Positions 1-12,984 of a stretch of 64,000 nucleotides of DNA are shown here, in pieces. Origin of the DNA: the human T2T-CHM13v2.0 reference genome, Homo sapiens; assembly GCF_009914755.1 (NCBI RefSeq), contig NC_060948.1. One strand, 5' to 3'. The notes below the pieces were generated by a model. The model ran no database searches. It saw only the letters and a list, made by a program, of their open reading frames with translations, and was not told the origin of the DNA. The position numbers were made by a program, and so were the translations under genes. The stretch's first letter is position 1. Every line of letters begins with the position of its first letter.

Positions 1-780
1 ATATGTACACATATATACATATACACACATGTACACATATATACATATACACACATGTACACATATATACATATACACGCATGTACACATATATACATAT
101 ACACGCATGTACACATATATACATATACACGCATGTACACATATATACATATACACATATGTACACATATATACATATACACATATGTACACACATATAC
201 ATATATACACACATATGTATACATATGTACATATGTATACATATATACATATATACACATGTATACATATATACATATACACACATGTATACACATACAC
301 ATATACACACATATACACATATATACACATATACACATATGCATATATACACATATACACATATACACATATATACATATATACACATATACACATATAC
401 ACATATACACATATACACACACATATACACATATACACACACATATACACATATATACACATATACACATATACACATATACACATATATACATATATAC
501 ATATATACATATATACACATATATACATATATACATATATGCATATATACATATATACATATATACACATATACATATATACACATATGTACACATATAC
601 ATATATACATATATACATATATACATATACATGCATATATATACACATATATACATATATATGCATATATATACATATATACATATATATGCATATATAC
701 ACATATATACATATATATGCATATATACATATATAGACATATATACATATATAGAGACATATATATATACATATATATAT
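1..780. repeat. Compound (TA/CA) tandem repeat; first ~200 bp is a 26-bp unit minisatellite
   Basis: Unit (A/G)(C/T)ATGTACACATATATACATATACAC repeats about 7 times from base 1, then decays into CATATA/CACATATA units; it probably extends left of the window. Confidence 0.97.
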
Positions 781-789
781 GACATAACC

Positions 790-1384
790 TGAATTAAATG
801 ACAGCGTGAAATAGAAAAGTTGAGGTATAGAAAGGCCAAAAGTTCAGGAGGCAATTGTCATTGAAGAGATAGTGTATTACTCACAGTTCTCAAAGGGAGG
901 GGACAAGCTATGGAAGTGAGGGGCACAGGACAGCACTGGAGTTGGTCAGGAGACAGAGGGAGAAAGACTGTGAGAAGAGCCTTTTTGTGATTTGTGTGGG
1001 AAATGACAGATGACGCATGGTAAGCAGGCTGAGGACTGGCCCGTTTGAATACTTTCAGCAGGCTCTGGGGCATAGGGACTGTCTCTGTTGGTCTGGTGGC
1101 TGGCCATGGGGGTGCTTAGGGCAGGTGAATAGTGGTCTGGAGTATAAGAGCCTGATGAAAGAGATGGTTGGGATTGTGGGCTCTGGATTGGTTGGTTTGT
1201 ATTTAAAAAGCACAAACCTGAGAAGCAAACTGTTACTAAGGAGAGTCAACAAGGAAGATGGGGAGCCAGGGCAAGATGACATGAGCATATTATTTGGTTG
1301 CTCAGAACAAGGTATGCCTGGCATACGCATATAGGGCAGATGTTTAGCTTCAAATTTGTGAAATATGGAAATGCGGCTAATACA
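790..1384 (-). mobile_element. ERVL solo LTR, MER74-like
   Basis: Minus strand starts TGTATTAGCC and contains cccagagcctgctgaaagtattcaaac...ctttgagaactgtgagtaatacactatctcttcaatg, matching the recalled MER74/MER73/MER54 group. Confidence 0.6.
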
Positions 1385-2185
1385 CTCCCCCTACCCCAAA
1401 CTCGTAATGCTATTTCTTATTTGGTTGTTGGGTTGGTTTGATCACTGAAACCCAAGTATGAAATCAACCGCAAATGGTATCCTGCCATTTACTGGGTTGT
1501 TCTTAAAAATCAAACACATTTTAAGGTACATATTTATTTATTTGTTAAATGATTGTTGAATGCCTACTTATTTCGCCTGTATTTTTATTTGTTTTCTCAC
1601 TAAGTTTGAATGACAAGAAAAATTCAATTCTGAGAGAGTATTAGTCTTTACTTCTCTTTTGTCCTTCTTGTTGCCAAACACCTTTAACAACAATTATAAT
1701 GAAAGGCTTAAAGAATAGAATAAACCTTATGAGAAAAAGTATAACATAAAATAAGAAAAATAAATACCTCTCTTGTAACTGAAATATTTAATGGAAAAAT
1801 TTCTATTTAAGAAAAAAATGCAGGGAATGTTCAGACATATAAGATTTAAATATAAGGTTTAAATAACTTCTAAACCTTACAAATAATCACAAAACCATTA
1901 ATAAAAATCAGTCTAATCATAATATATTATTAAAGGGAACTTGAGGTAGTACCACACATTTGTAGTTGAGAACCAAAACACATATAGCTTACCGTCCACA
2001 TTAATATGTCTATATTTTTAGGCTGGTTTCACTAACATTACTTTACTATTTTAACTTTTTCCTAGGAAGAGAAGAGTTGTAAATAACTTTATTGTTACTT
2101 TCAAGAACTTTCCCCAAACTCACTGGAAACGGCTCAGTTTTTCAATGGATAACATCAAATAATAGTACCCTCTTTCAATCTCTGA

Positions 2186-2350
2186 GATGAAAATCCTCAT
2201 CTTACAGTGTCTCCTAACTCATAGCTATTACATAATCATTACCTAATCCTAATCAAGCCCTCACATTGAAGAAATCATCTTAAACCAAACCCTAAAACCT
2301 CATAAATATTATGACACTGTCCCTCCCACTTCAGACACTCCTAACAAACA
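2186..2350 (+). mobile_element. Old ERV1 LTR fragment (MER89/MER90/MER110-like)
   Basis: ctaatcctaatcaagccctcacattgaag...aaaccctaaaacctcataaatat resembles this recalled LTR group. Confidence 0.4.
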
Positions 2351-2435
2351 CTGTAGCCCCAATATCTTTATTCCTAGGTCTGGTTATCTGAGACCCTTTT
2401 CAGGCATTTTTTCCAATGCCTCCCAATGGGGGGAA

Positions 2436-3061
2436 TGAGAGATAAGAACTGCAGGACTATTGTCACATAACAACTCCATCCAAATCCCTGCACTAAGAGA
2501 CTTGACGAAATTCTGCTATGGCATCTAACAGCCTAAGGCTGTGTCCCTAAATTTATCCCAGCCCCCTATTTATATGCCTGCCTGAGAAAACTTAAGGCTA
2601 CAAAGGAAATTTATTATTTGTTCTAGTCAGCACCTGATGATAGACCCTGGAGCTCCCTTTCTTAGAGCATTTTCTAAAAAGGGCTTACAATTGTGAACAT
2701 GTATTTCTTGCAACTCAGAATGATCTTTCTCAAGGACACAAGAGCCATTCCATTGAAATGTAATCAACAAGAAGGATAAGGCCTCTCTCCTAGTCTCTGT
2801 GAGAGTATAGCATCCTAACTTCCATAACTTCCAGCAAGCAGACACAGCTGGCCTAATCATGTTTACATTAACCAACCCTTCGTACATTTTTGCTTTTTTG
2901 ACTCTACTGAGTGCCCACAGTCCCTCCTCCTTCACGCTCCCTTGAAAATGTACAGGCATGTTTCCACAAATGGGAATGGAGCTCAGTTCTTTCCCCTACA
3001 GTCAGTAATTACTGAATAAAACCTGTTTTTATCCAATGTTTGTCTATTTTTAATTTTGACA
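2436..3061 (+). mobile_element. MER39-like ERV1 solo LTR
   Basis: TG...CA termini (tgagagataag...ttttgaca), AATAAA at ~3015, MER39-type gcctgagaaaacttaaggct...cacctgatgatag block; flanked by GGGGGAA on both sides. Confidence 0.7.
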
Positions 3062-3429
3062 GGGGGAAACTTTGAAGAGACTTCTCTCCATTCTGACTTA
3101 GTCCCAGTATGTTTACACTCTTAACCCTTCTCCTTCTGCTTGCCTCTGGCCCTGGGTTCATAAAACTGCAGGGGCTTTCTGTTTCGGGCTCCCTCAGCAG
3201 GGAGAGGACCCCTTTATCTTTGCTGAGCCTCAACCAGTGCAACTGTCCATAAGAGAAATCCAAGTTTCTCCAGTTTCCTCTCTTGTCTGTACATTGCAGT
3301 AAGTGATCAAGCATAAACTGTTTCATTATTGACTTGCTTTAATTGTCTACTCCACTGCCTGATAGCTTAGCTCATTCCTGGCTCACCTGAGCTTCTGAAG
3401 ATCTTAATTGTAATTTTTCATTCTTTGAA

Positions 3430-4158
3430 AAACTAGTAATATGGCCTTATTTGTTGCCATATAACAAACATTCGTATATATCTCCTTTTATGTATGTATG
3501 AAATTCTGTACTGTATGTCACTGAGAGTAGAAATAGTTGTAAATTATATACAATTTTAATCCCCCTTGATAGTTCTCAATTTCATATCAAGAGTGTTGTT
3601 CTAATCACACTTCCAACAACAGTGAGTGAAAGTTTATAATTCTCCATATTGTCATTAACTCTAAGTATGATCCATTTTTTAATATTTTTGTCAGTTTCAT
3701 GGTTGTGAAATTGTAAATAATTTTGTATTAATCTGCATTTACCTAATTATTGGTAATTTTGAGCATGCTCATGTTTCTGGTCCATTTTGATTTCCTCTTC
3801 TATGAAGTGCTTGGTCATATATTTGACAATTTTTGTTTGAGGTTTCTTTTTATTGATATCTTGAAGTTCGTTAATATGTTTGCTAATATTATTTTCTGGT
3901 ATACATTTCAAATATCTTATTCCAGATTGTGGTTCATATCTGCTTATCCTACATTTTGCCATTCAGAATTTATCAGCACTTTATGACTTGTGTTTTTTTG
4001 TGTTTAAGTTAATCTTTTTCTACCCTGAGGTAAAAAAGTATTTTTTCTAAGACTTAAAAAGTCTTTTTATGATTTGCTTTTAAATCTATGGAAATTTATG
4101 TCTGTGAATTTTGTGATGAAGAAAGCTTTGGATTTTTTATCATGAGATTATTAGTTAT
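3430..4158 (-). mobile_element. Old L1 (L1ME-type) ORF2 3' fragment
   Basis: T-rich antisense L1 text (tgcatttacctaatt...gagcatgctcatg...cttctatgaagtgc); minus ORF 3747..3962 ends in L1-like KHFIEEEIKMDQKH. Confidence 0.65.
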
Positions 4159-4619
4159 TGTGATGGTTAACACTGAGTGTCAACTTGATTAGATTAAAGG
4201 ATGCAAAGGATTGTTCCTGGGTATGTCTGTGAGGGTGTTGCCAAAGGAGACTAACATTTGAGTCAGTGTACTGGGAGAGGCAGACACACCCTCAATCTGG
4301 GTGGGCACCATCTAATCAGCTGCCAGTGCAGCTAGGATAAAAGGAGGCAGAGGAATGTAGAAGGACCAGACTGATTCAGTCTTCCTACCTTCATCTTCCT
4401 CCCATGTTGGATGCTTCCTGCGCTCAAATGTAGGACTCCAAGTTCTTCAGCTTTTTGATTGTTGGGCTTACACCAGTGGTTTTCCAGGGGCTCTCGGAAC
4501 TTTAGCCATGGACTGAAGGCTGCACTGTCAGATTCCCTACTTTTGAAATTTTGGGACCCGGATTGGCTTCCTTGCTCCTTAGCTTGCAGATGGCTTATCG
4601 TGGGACTTCATCTTGTGAT
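4159..4619 (+). mobile_element. MLT2A (HERV-L) LTR, 3'-truncated
   Basis: Starts TGTGATGGTTAACACTGAGTGTCAACTTGATT and follows the MLT2A1/2 consensus to cttgtgat; the polyA-signal end is missing. Confidence 0.9.
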
Positions 4620-5374
4620 AGACTCACACTATATTAAATAATGAATACTTTTCTACTGATACGTAATAACATCTCTTTCATATAATTTACCTGCTTTTCC
4701 TCTGTGTTCCTCACAAGTGAAACTGAAAACATTCTCCACTAATTATCAGAGTGCCTGGCACATAGTAGACAATACATGTTCAAGGAATGTATCAGTAAGG
4801 ACTTTTGAGAAGGCTAATGCCCTATCTGGATGGAATTTGGGGTAGCAACTATTAGAAAAAGATATTTTTTTCTTTCCTTGTGTCACATGGTTCCTCTGAT
4901 TATTTTTCTCACTGATTGATCGTTGATTAGTTATTAAGTCAACACCTAGAATAAGACTGATTCTTAACTACTACCAAATATTAACCTTCTGTTTCAATGG
5001 ACCTATTCCACTTAATTTGTATCCAATATAATATATTTATTTCAACCTGCTGGTCTTTGCTTTACCTCATTTAGCAGACATTTCTTCTTTTTGTCTAGTG
5101 ATACAAATATAGTTACGTCAAAACCTATTTTATTTTTTATATTTCTAGAAGCCCATCTTGTCTATTCCAGGTGCCGATAATTTTTTACCTCTCCCACCCA
5201 CCATACCCACTAAAGTGCTTAATATTGAGGAGGTTTTTGTGATATCTTGGCCTTTCTTGGTCTCTATGTCTTATGCTTGCCATGCAGATTATCTATCAAT
5301 TATATTCAGATTTCCAACTAAGGTAGTTTAAAAAGTTAGAGAATGTTATACTTGAAAAAAAACTTAGATTTTAT

Positions 5375-5480
5375 GATGTCCAGTTTATAGATAAGAAAAC
5401 TAGGCCTGAAAGAAGTGAAGGGATTTTCCCAAGGCCATAGAGCTAGCGAGTGGCTAGCAAGTGGTAGGGTTTGTATTTGG
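5375..5480 (-). mobile_element. MIR fragment
   Basis: MIR core tttatagataagaaaactaggcctgaaagaagtgaaggga...cccaaggcca. Confidence 0.6.
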
Positions 5481-8400
5481 ACAATAATGTATTGAATTTC
5501 ATATCATGTCTCTTCCCTGTTTCACCATTCTTAGGTTTATTTGTCATGTTGATATTGAGCTGGAGATTGTAACACAGTGGTGTCAAGCTGAGATGTAAAC
5601 TAAATTTTATATTCTCAACCTGGTAGGGGATGGAGAAGTCATTATTTTGAGCTAGATATTTGCTGCAACTCTGTTACGGGAATGAGAAAGGAAGACGTGC
5701 AAGGTTACCATCATCCAAAAAGCTTCACATCTCAAAGACATATGAAGAAAGAATGCTAGAGAGTAGAAAAATACAGATGTTCATAGGTTCGTGGATTTGA
5801 TGGTGAGAGAATAAAGGTGTTTCTTATTGCTATAGTAACCTTGTGCATAGAGTTCTGAGAAGGCCAAGAATCTGAGGACTCAAGTAAGCCAAAGCGTCCA
5901 ACCAACTGCCTGAGTCTGGCCCAGATCATAGGTAAATCCTATTTTTGGAAGCTTCTTTAGATGGTTTTGGTAAGCATTCTACTCATGCTATGACTGGCTG
6001 GGCATAGCAAGAGTGTAAAGAAAATGGAGAGCTGACATTGCTTCCTCATCTCACTGTTTTTATCTTTAGGTGTATTACAGCTTCCCTGTGGTCTTTCTTT
6101 GCAAAGAATAGCTGTTTAGATTTTCTGGCCCAAATCCATGCTTTACATTGACCAACTGTCCTGTCATTACCTAGTCATGTTATCCTTCCAATTTCATGAA
6201 TGATTTATTAAAGATAGATTGTGAGGATGTTTTTGTATAGTATAGTATAACGTGTACTTGAAAACATGGATATATTTAGTGGAAAAATAGACCTATTACA
6301 TAGTCTAACTCTGATTAATATATATTCTGTAACTTACAATAAACGCAAATATATTGTTTGTCCATAATATGATATTATTAAAGCTATCATCAAATCTATC
6401 TTGATACTACATTACCATTAAAGTGAACATACAAGGTTAATTATATCTTATATTCCATGGGAGTATGAAGCACATTGGGAGGTAATTTGTATATTACAGA
6501 ATTTATTAACAACAATAGATTTAACAGCTACTAGGTCAACGTAAGACATTTATTTGGGTGGAAATACGTTACTTAAATTCGGAAGATTTATAAATCAGTG
6601 AACTTTGCTTGGGTGTCTGCTCCCTGACCTTAAAATAGCTCCATTAAGGTTGTTATAATGAACTCATTATTTATATTTTCTTCTAGTCCACATTCAGAAA
6701 AGTTTTTAGTAGGTGTAATAATCTGTTTAACACACTCAGATTTTGTAGTGAATACAGACGATCCCAAAGAGAAAGATGCTAGTTCTGAGTGAGGAGCTAA
6801 ATTGCACAATAAGCTACAACACTGCAAAAGGGATCCCCAACCCTCTTTAAAAGGCCATTTCACATCATTAGTGCATAATTAAGTGAATCAAGGAGGTTTA
6901 GTAATAAATGTATTTACTTTCAATTATCTTCAGGAAAACCTGTCCAAATGATCGTTTCCAAGCCCAGAGACTTCAGACAGAGCCTGTGAATTGTGCCTGC
7001 TGTTGTGAATCACAGGAATGCCTCAGTGAACTCATCTAGCCCTCTGTATTATATGTTAAACATGTAAGAGGGATATAGAAAAGGATACTATACATAGCCT
7101 AATATCCTGACAGTGTGTATTCCTGGGGCTCTTCCTCTTATTCAGAAAACACTCCAGGAATCAGTGATGGATGAAAAAAGGAGGACACTAAGAAACAGGT
7201 CAAAGGTGACAACTGAATAAAAGTTGCTGCAGGCTTTAACCTTAAAGTACTGAAGAAAAAAAATTCTGCTGAGATTTGGTAGCAATACATATAACAGAAG
7301 GCTGAAGTCCAAAAATCTCTAAGGTATTTGGAGATATAGAAAGGCCAGATTAGAGGTCTTATCTTTTCCTTCCTTCAGAGTCAATTCTTTGTTAACTCTA
7401 CAGTGTCTAGTACTAACATTTGTGGTAAAAATCTTTGACCGACTAATTGAAACATGTTATAGGAGATTGCAGCAAAGCACAAACCTAAATGCACATTGTC
7501 TTTTCCAAAAAGCTATTCTAAAAATCTAACTGTGGCTCTAGTTTGAATACATTCAAAGCCTACATCTGAGCTCCTTCTCTGGAATTAACCCAGATGTTTT
7601 AGTCTCAGCCTCATCTAGAGCTTTTTTAAAGCAGATAATAGGAAGAGAGATAAAAGAGAAATCTGTTTAAACGGAGAAAGATACTCAGAATAAAATATGT
7701 ATTTGGTCTGTGTCTGTTTCTGTTTCTGTTTGCTTTTACTGTCTTTCTCAGCATTCTTTCTGTAGAGCCCTCAACCCAGAAATCCAGTATTCTTGTGCTG
7801 ACCTCTAAGTTTGCAGAGGCCACATTTCACTCTTTGCAGACCTACCTTCCCACAGTAGTCCATTTAAGTTTCACTTGTATTTTCTTCTTAGCTATCCAAA
7901 CTTGCCTTTGTGAAAATATGGCAGGACTAAAAGTTTTTCATGGAGTTCCAAGTGTCTTCCCCATCCCTCTTGTCAAATCCAATTGACCAACTCATGGCTT
8001 CTAAAACTAAAAGCCTAGTCTCATTGTTCCTCCTGCCTGTGCTATTATTACCATAGCCTCAGTTTTCCCATACTTTCCATGAATTTGGTCAATGACCAAT
8101 TCTCAAATTTAAACTCAACTCTAACCTTTTTTGATCAAGTTTATGAATTTTTAATGATCTTGCTCCACCCAGAACAGTCATCTTGAGCTGTCGTCAATTC
8201 AAAAGGTTTCAATGACGGCTTGAGCTAATGGCTTTTCTTTGGTTTTTCTTTTTTACCACTTGTCTTGATCCTCTTTTCCTCAGGACATGGTTCTTTGTTG
8301 AATATTGTGATTTGATAAATCAATCTAGGTTGTAGGTTTATGATTGTCAATGAATAAATGTACTCTCTCATTGAAGTAACACAAATATGTGTCAATAGGT

Positions 8401-8964
8401 ACCTGTGAGTAACTTAGAAATTTACTCCAAAAGAGAATATGATAATCTTAATTTATCAGACTAAATAGGAGAGGTAATTGAAGGCAAAGAATGGTCCATA
8501 TTCAAAAATCATTAATGCCACCACTGTACCAGGTTTCTGAGTACCTATGCATTTATTCTAACAACCTAGCATCTATTTCAGTCTGCAAAGGAGATTCCAT
8601 CTAAGAAAGTATAGCATTAAAAATCTAGAGCAGAGAAAAGGAAGTCATGTCTTCACTGGGGCACCCTTGCCTCTCATTCTCAACTCTGAAGTATCTGCAA
8701 TATTTTTTTTTCCTCAAGGGAGTATCATCACATATATAAGATTTAAAATACCTCACCACAGGTTTCTAATTTCATTTAAGACAAACATGGCATCAGGACT
8801 CATAATCAAGTCTGTTTACGAAGCATGTGCATTTAGTGTTCAATTTATCATGTCTTAAAATGGGCTACTATAAAATATTCCTTCTATATGGGCATATTTT
8901 AAAAAATTGACTCATTAACAATTGGAAAGTTGTCTTTGTGTAATTTTATTATCTATATCATTAA

Positions 8965-9296
<332 letters not shown>

Positions 9297-9333
9297 TTCT
9301 ATTCCCTTTTATTTCAGCTGTTAAAATTATGTT

Positions 9334-9516
9334 TGACAGAGCAGGAGCATTGCCATCTTGTACAAGCACCACCATTTTAAAGTTCCCCTTGATCAAAAAC
9401 TGCCTAAATCCAAAGGGCATCAGCCTAATAGCTGAGGTCAGCATGACCATAAACCACAAATTACATCTCCAACCAGAAACATTCCAACCCTAAGATAACC
9501 TCCCCCCAACCAGAGA
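9334..9516 (+). mobile_element. LTR19-like (HERV-F/H group) LTR, 5' part only
   Basis: TGACAGAGCAGGAGCATTGCCATCTTG...aaagttccccttgatcaaaaac matches the recalled LTR19A/B start; switches abruptly to internal sequence at ~9516. Confidence 0.7.
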
Positions 9517-10063
9517 GGACACCCTCCTGTTTGGGTGAGGCTCATAATGAGGCCCCCTCACCATTACAGGAGGAAATCTCTTCACTGCTGGCACTGACAA
9601 TGGAAGACTGAGGGTGCCCGGGATCCTTCACCCCCACATCCAGTGAGTCCACGGAACCCAGGGTAACTGGGATGGTATCTGGTAAGATTATTTCCTTCTT
9701 TTTGGATACTGGGGCGAGTCTATCAGTATTAACTGAAAATCAAGGCCCATTAGGACATTCATCTGTTTCTGTTGTTGGCATGAAGGACATACAAGTAACC
9801 CCATACAAAACACCACCACTATACTGCTCATTTGAGGTAGTCACCTTCACTCACTCTTGGTCATTCCCCATTGTCCCACTCCTTTACTAGGAAGGAACAT
9901 CCTACACAAACTAGGGGGAATCATTTATTTATTAGCCCTACATCAAAGCCACCCTTACTTATTATTATGTCAAGAACAAAACCCCTCCTCAGACACTCCA
10001 CATCAAATAGACTTAAATCCCAAATTCCTCAACCAGGTAAATCCCATAGTATGGAACACTGCA
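9517..10063 (+). pseudogene. ERV1 gag C-terminus plus aspartic protease remnant
   Basis: Gag end SLLALTMED-TGA (9609-9611) is in frame with EPRVTGMVSGKIISFFLDTGAS (DTG active site); a frameshift leads to IPHCPTPLLGRNILHKLG; ends at VNPIVW, the start of RT. Confidence 0.88.
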
Positions 10064-10555
10064 TTAGCATTGCATAGTATGGAACATTGCAATAACAATG
10101 ATAGCTATTGCCAGTGGAATGTGTAAACTTCTATACCCACTACATTAACCAGTTTGAAAATATTCCTTGACGTCATTCCTTAAAACATCTTTAATAACTA
10201 GTTCTTTGATTAAGACCTCTTATTTTCAAATTAATGTTTTATTGAATTACACTTTTTCTCACTAAACAAATTTTAGTATGTGATGGGTTTTTAATGGCCA
10301 GAAAACACATTCATTGTTCACTTTTATCCTGTGATCAAACTATATGCCAGTGATAAAATACTGATTTATAATTTAAACTTCTCTTGAGGGAGGCAAATGT
10401 CAGTTCCTACCTTGGTTTATCATAACACTATCTCTGTTGCCTTATATACAATTCAGAAATTAAAATATGCTTGTATTTTGGGTAGAGAAGGACAGGATAA
10501 ATCAAATACTATGTAACAATTGACCTTGTATAGACTCTATTTCAAAAGATACTTT

Positions 10556-10760
10556 ACCAGCTTGAGCAACATAGTGAGACACAGTCTTTACAATTTTTTT
10601 AATTATTAGCTGGGCATAGTGTGACACATGTTTGTACTGCCAACTACTCAGGAGACTGAACAGAAGGATCATTTGATTGCCATTATTACAACACTGCACT
10701 CCAGCATAGGTGAAAGAGAGACACCCTATCTCAAAAAATATATAAAACAACAATAAAAAA
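10556..10760 (+). mobile_element. 5'-truncated AluJ
   Basis: accagcttgagcaacatagtgagac...cactgcactccagc...gacaccctatctc followed by an A-rich tail. Confidence 0.8.
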
Positions 10761-11789
10761 TACTTTAATACCTAGGATGAATTTTTTTTTGTGGTGGAAA
10801 ATCTAATGACATTGTTCATCAAATTAACTATAAGATAAATGACATAATTAATAATTTTTGCCAGATATATTTTAAGAAACATTTTTCATATAATATCAAA
10901 ATGAGAAAAAAATTGCTGTCATTTTCTAAAATCACTCTGAGAATAGTAAAATTAACTAGATCCATGTTGAAATGAGAACACTATAGATAAATAATATTTG
11001 TAAAGTACTCCAAGAATTTTAATCTCTTTAATATATTTGTCTCTCAAGTTTATTGAAAAAAGTTTGAAAATTCAAAGTTCAAACAGCAATGCCTTTTATT
11101 GTGGTAACATTTTGGCTAAAATACATCTTTGTAATATATACATATTGCACTTTTCAGTGATTTCTGGGTTATATTTTTTTTGATAAAGGTCATATAAAAT
11201 GTCAGGAAATGTTTGATTTTTAGTGAAAAATTATCTTGAAAACTATTATTTGCTGTTTCATTTCAAAGAAACAAGAATGAAGAGGAAAGAGATATTTCAT
11301 AACAAAAGTGTTGGGGTTTTTTAACTCAAAAATATTATTCATTTTATGAAATATTTCACAAGTTAGAATGCACTGTGAATTGGGAATGTTATATAATATG
11401 TTTGTTAATTATTAATCTTGATTTCTAATTGCCAAATTTTTCAAATTGATGATGTCTTGCAACTAGGCACACCAAGACACATTTGGGAGAGTAACTTTAT
11501 GAAACACTTTCTAAATTAGTGATGATAATTTAAAAATTAGGTTATTACTAGGTATATAAATTCACAGGGAATTATGATTTTTATGCTACATATATTTTAA
11601 AACACTCTTATTACTGTAGGCCTGGCTACATTAGGGTAATTACACAAAGCTTCAAGAAGGGGGAAATTTCCTTAAAATCTTAAACCATTGTATAATATAT
11701 GTATAATTATAATACCAATAATCCCAGTTCTTAATGCATTATACACCCATAGTTAATGGACTATGCAAAGAAATATTACTGACCACAAA

Positions 11790-12064
11790 GCTCACAAATT
11801 CTTCCACCTCTCTCCATGTCTACTACCAACACAAACTAAGCCTTTTTCTTACTAGGGTTATAGCAATAGACTTGTGCCTGGTTTTCCTATGTTCAGCCTA
11901 GTTGAAGCTCATTAATTTGTTGCTTTAATTATTTGATTAATACCAGTCACTGCCTTTAACCTACAAGTTCCCTGAGAGTAGGAATCAAACTGTTTTTGCT
12001 CAACATTGTATCTTAATGTCTGGCACATGGTAAACACTCAATAAATATTTGCTTGATAAATGAA
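11790..12064 (+). mobile_element. L2 3' end
   Basis: L2 terminus tctggcacatggtaaacactcaataaatatttgcttgataaatgaa. Confidence 0.7.
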
Positions 12065-12136
12065 ACAAAGTGTAAAATAAATAAAATAGAAGAACACAGC
12101 AGAAAACATTCATAATGTGTTTTTTTGGAGAATGAC

Positions 12137-12293
12137 AAACAGGACAAAAGTTAATATCATCACAAAATAGTCTAGATACCATAATTTTCAGAGCCCTGGG
12201 CTTGATACGAATTAATAACTCAATCATGTTATAACTAATTATACTTGAGCTTATTATCCTCAATTGCCTTTTTTGGTGTCAAAATCAAGTCAT
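12137..12293 (+). repeat. Copy 1 of a ~160-bp local direct repeat
   Basis: aaacaggacaaaagttaatatcatcacaaaatagtcta...aaaatcaagtcat recurs at 12985-13147. Confidence 0.93.
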
Positions 12294-12560
12294 ATTGATA
12301 TTTTATTTCAATATGCTTTTCTAAATTTTGAAAATAAATTAACAATGATATTTCATTTTTTATAAGAATAAAAGTTTTTATCTTATAAATTAGGTTTTCT
12401 TAACAATTTACTGTATATTTACCATTTGTGAATTTTCTGTTGAAATTTATTGGTACTTTCATCCTGTTTCACTCTTTGGGGAAAATCAGTTAGTCTATTC
12501 ATGACAAATTATTGCCAGCAATTTCATCCTTCTCATTTGTCTTAAAATTAGTTACTTCAG

Positions 12561-12789
12561 AATAGGAGTCTCTGCCACCCAGGATCAAGTGATTTTCTCA
12601 CCTCAGCCTTCAAAGTAGCTAGGACTAGGGGCATGCGCCACCACACCTGGCTAATTTTTTGTATTTATTCATAGAGATGGGGTTTCACTATGTTGCCCAG
12701 GCGGTTCTCAAACTCCTGGGCTCATGCGATCTGCCAGCCTTGGCCTCTCAAAATGCTAGGATTACTGGCATGAGCCACCGCACCCAGCC
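12561..12789 (-). mobile_element. AluJ with internal deletion and no tail
   Basis: Antisense Alu ending gagccaccgcacccagcc; right arm collapsed at gagtctctgccacccagg|atcaagtg. Confidence 0.85.
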
Positions 12790-12984
12790 AATACTTCATC
12801 CTTTTTTATTGCTCTTCTGGAAGGCTTTTCAGCTCTAATATGCTTATCTTATTGAGGAAACAAGAGTAAAAATGAAAAAGAATTATATACTATATTTTAG
12901 AAAGAGAGACACCACGGATTTTAGAAAGGGAAGCTTCTTTCTCTGTGTTTTGCTGTTGATGCTCCACCTTCCTTGCAGAAAACT

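Noticed and set aside
1-210. Regular 26-bp repeats resembling a CRISPR array
   Set aside because: No unique spacers, no cas genes, and the DNA is mammalian.
3-792. Three overlapping 235-259 aa Y/T/H/I-rich ORFs
   Set aside because: Strict purine-pyrimidine alternation cannot contain stop codons; these are repeat translation artefacts.
5900-8900. Repeat-poor stretch with splice-like sites (e.g. tttttatctttag at ~6070)
   Set aside because: No recognisable coding frame or exon pair; an exon or enhancer cannot be supported without conservation or expression data.
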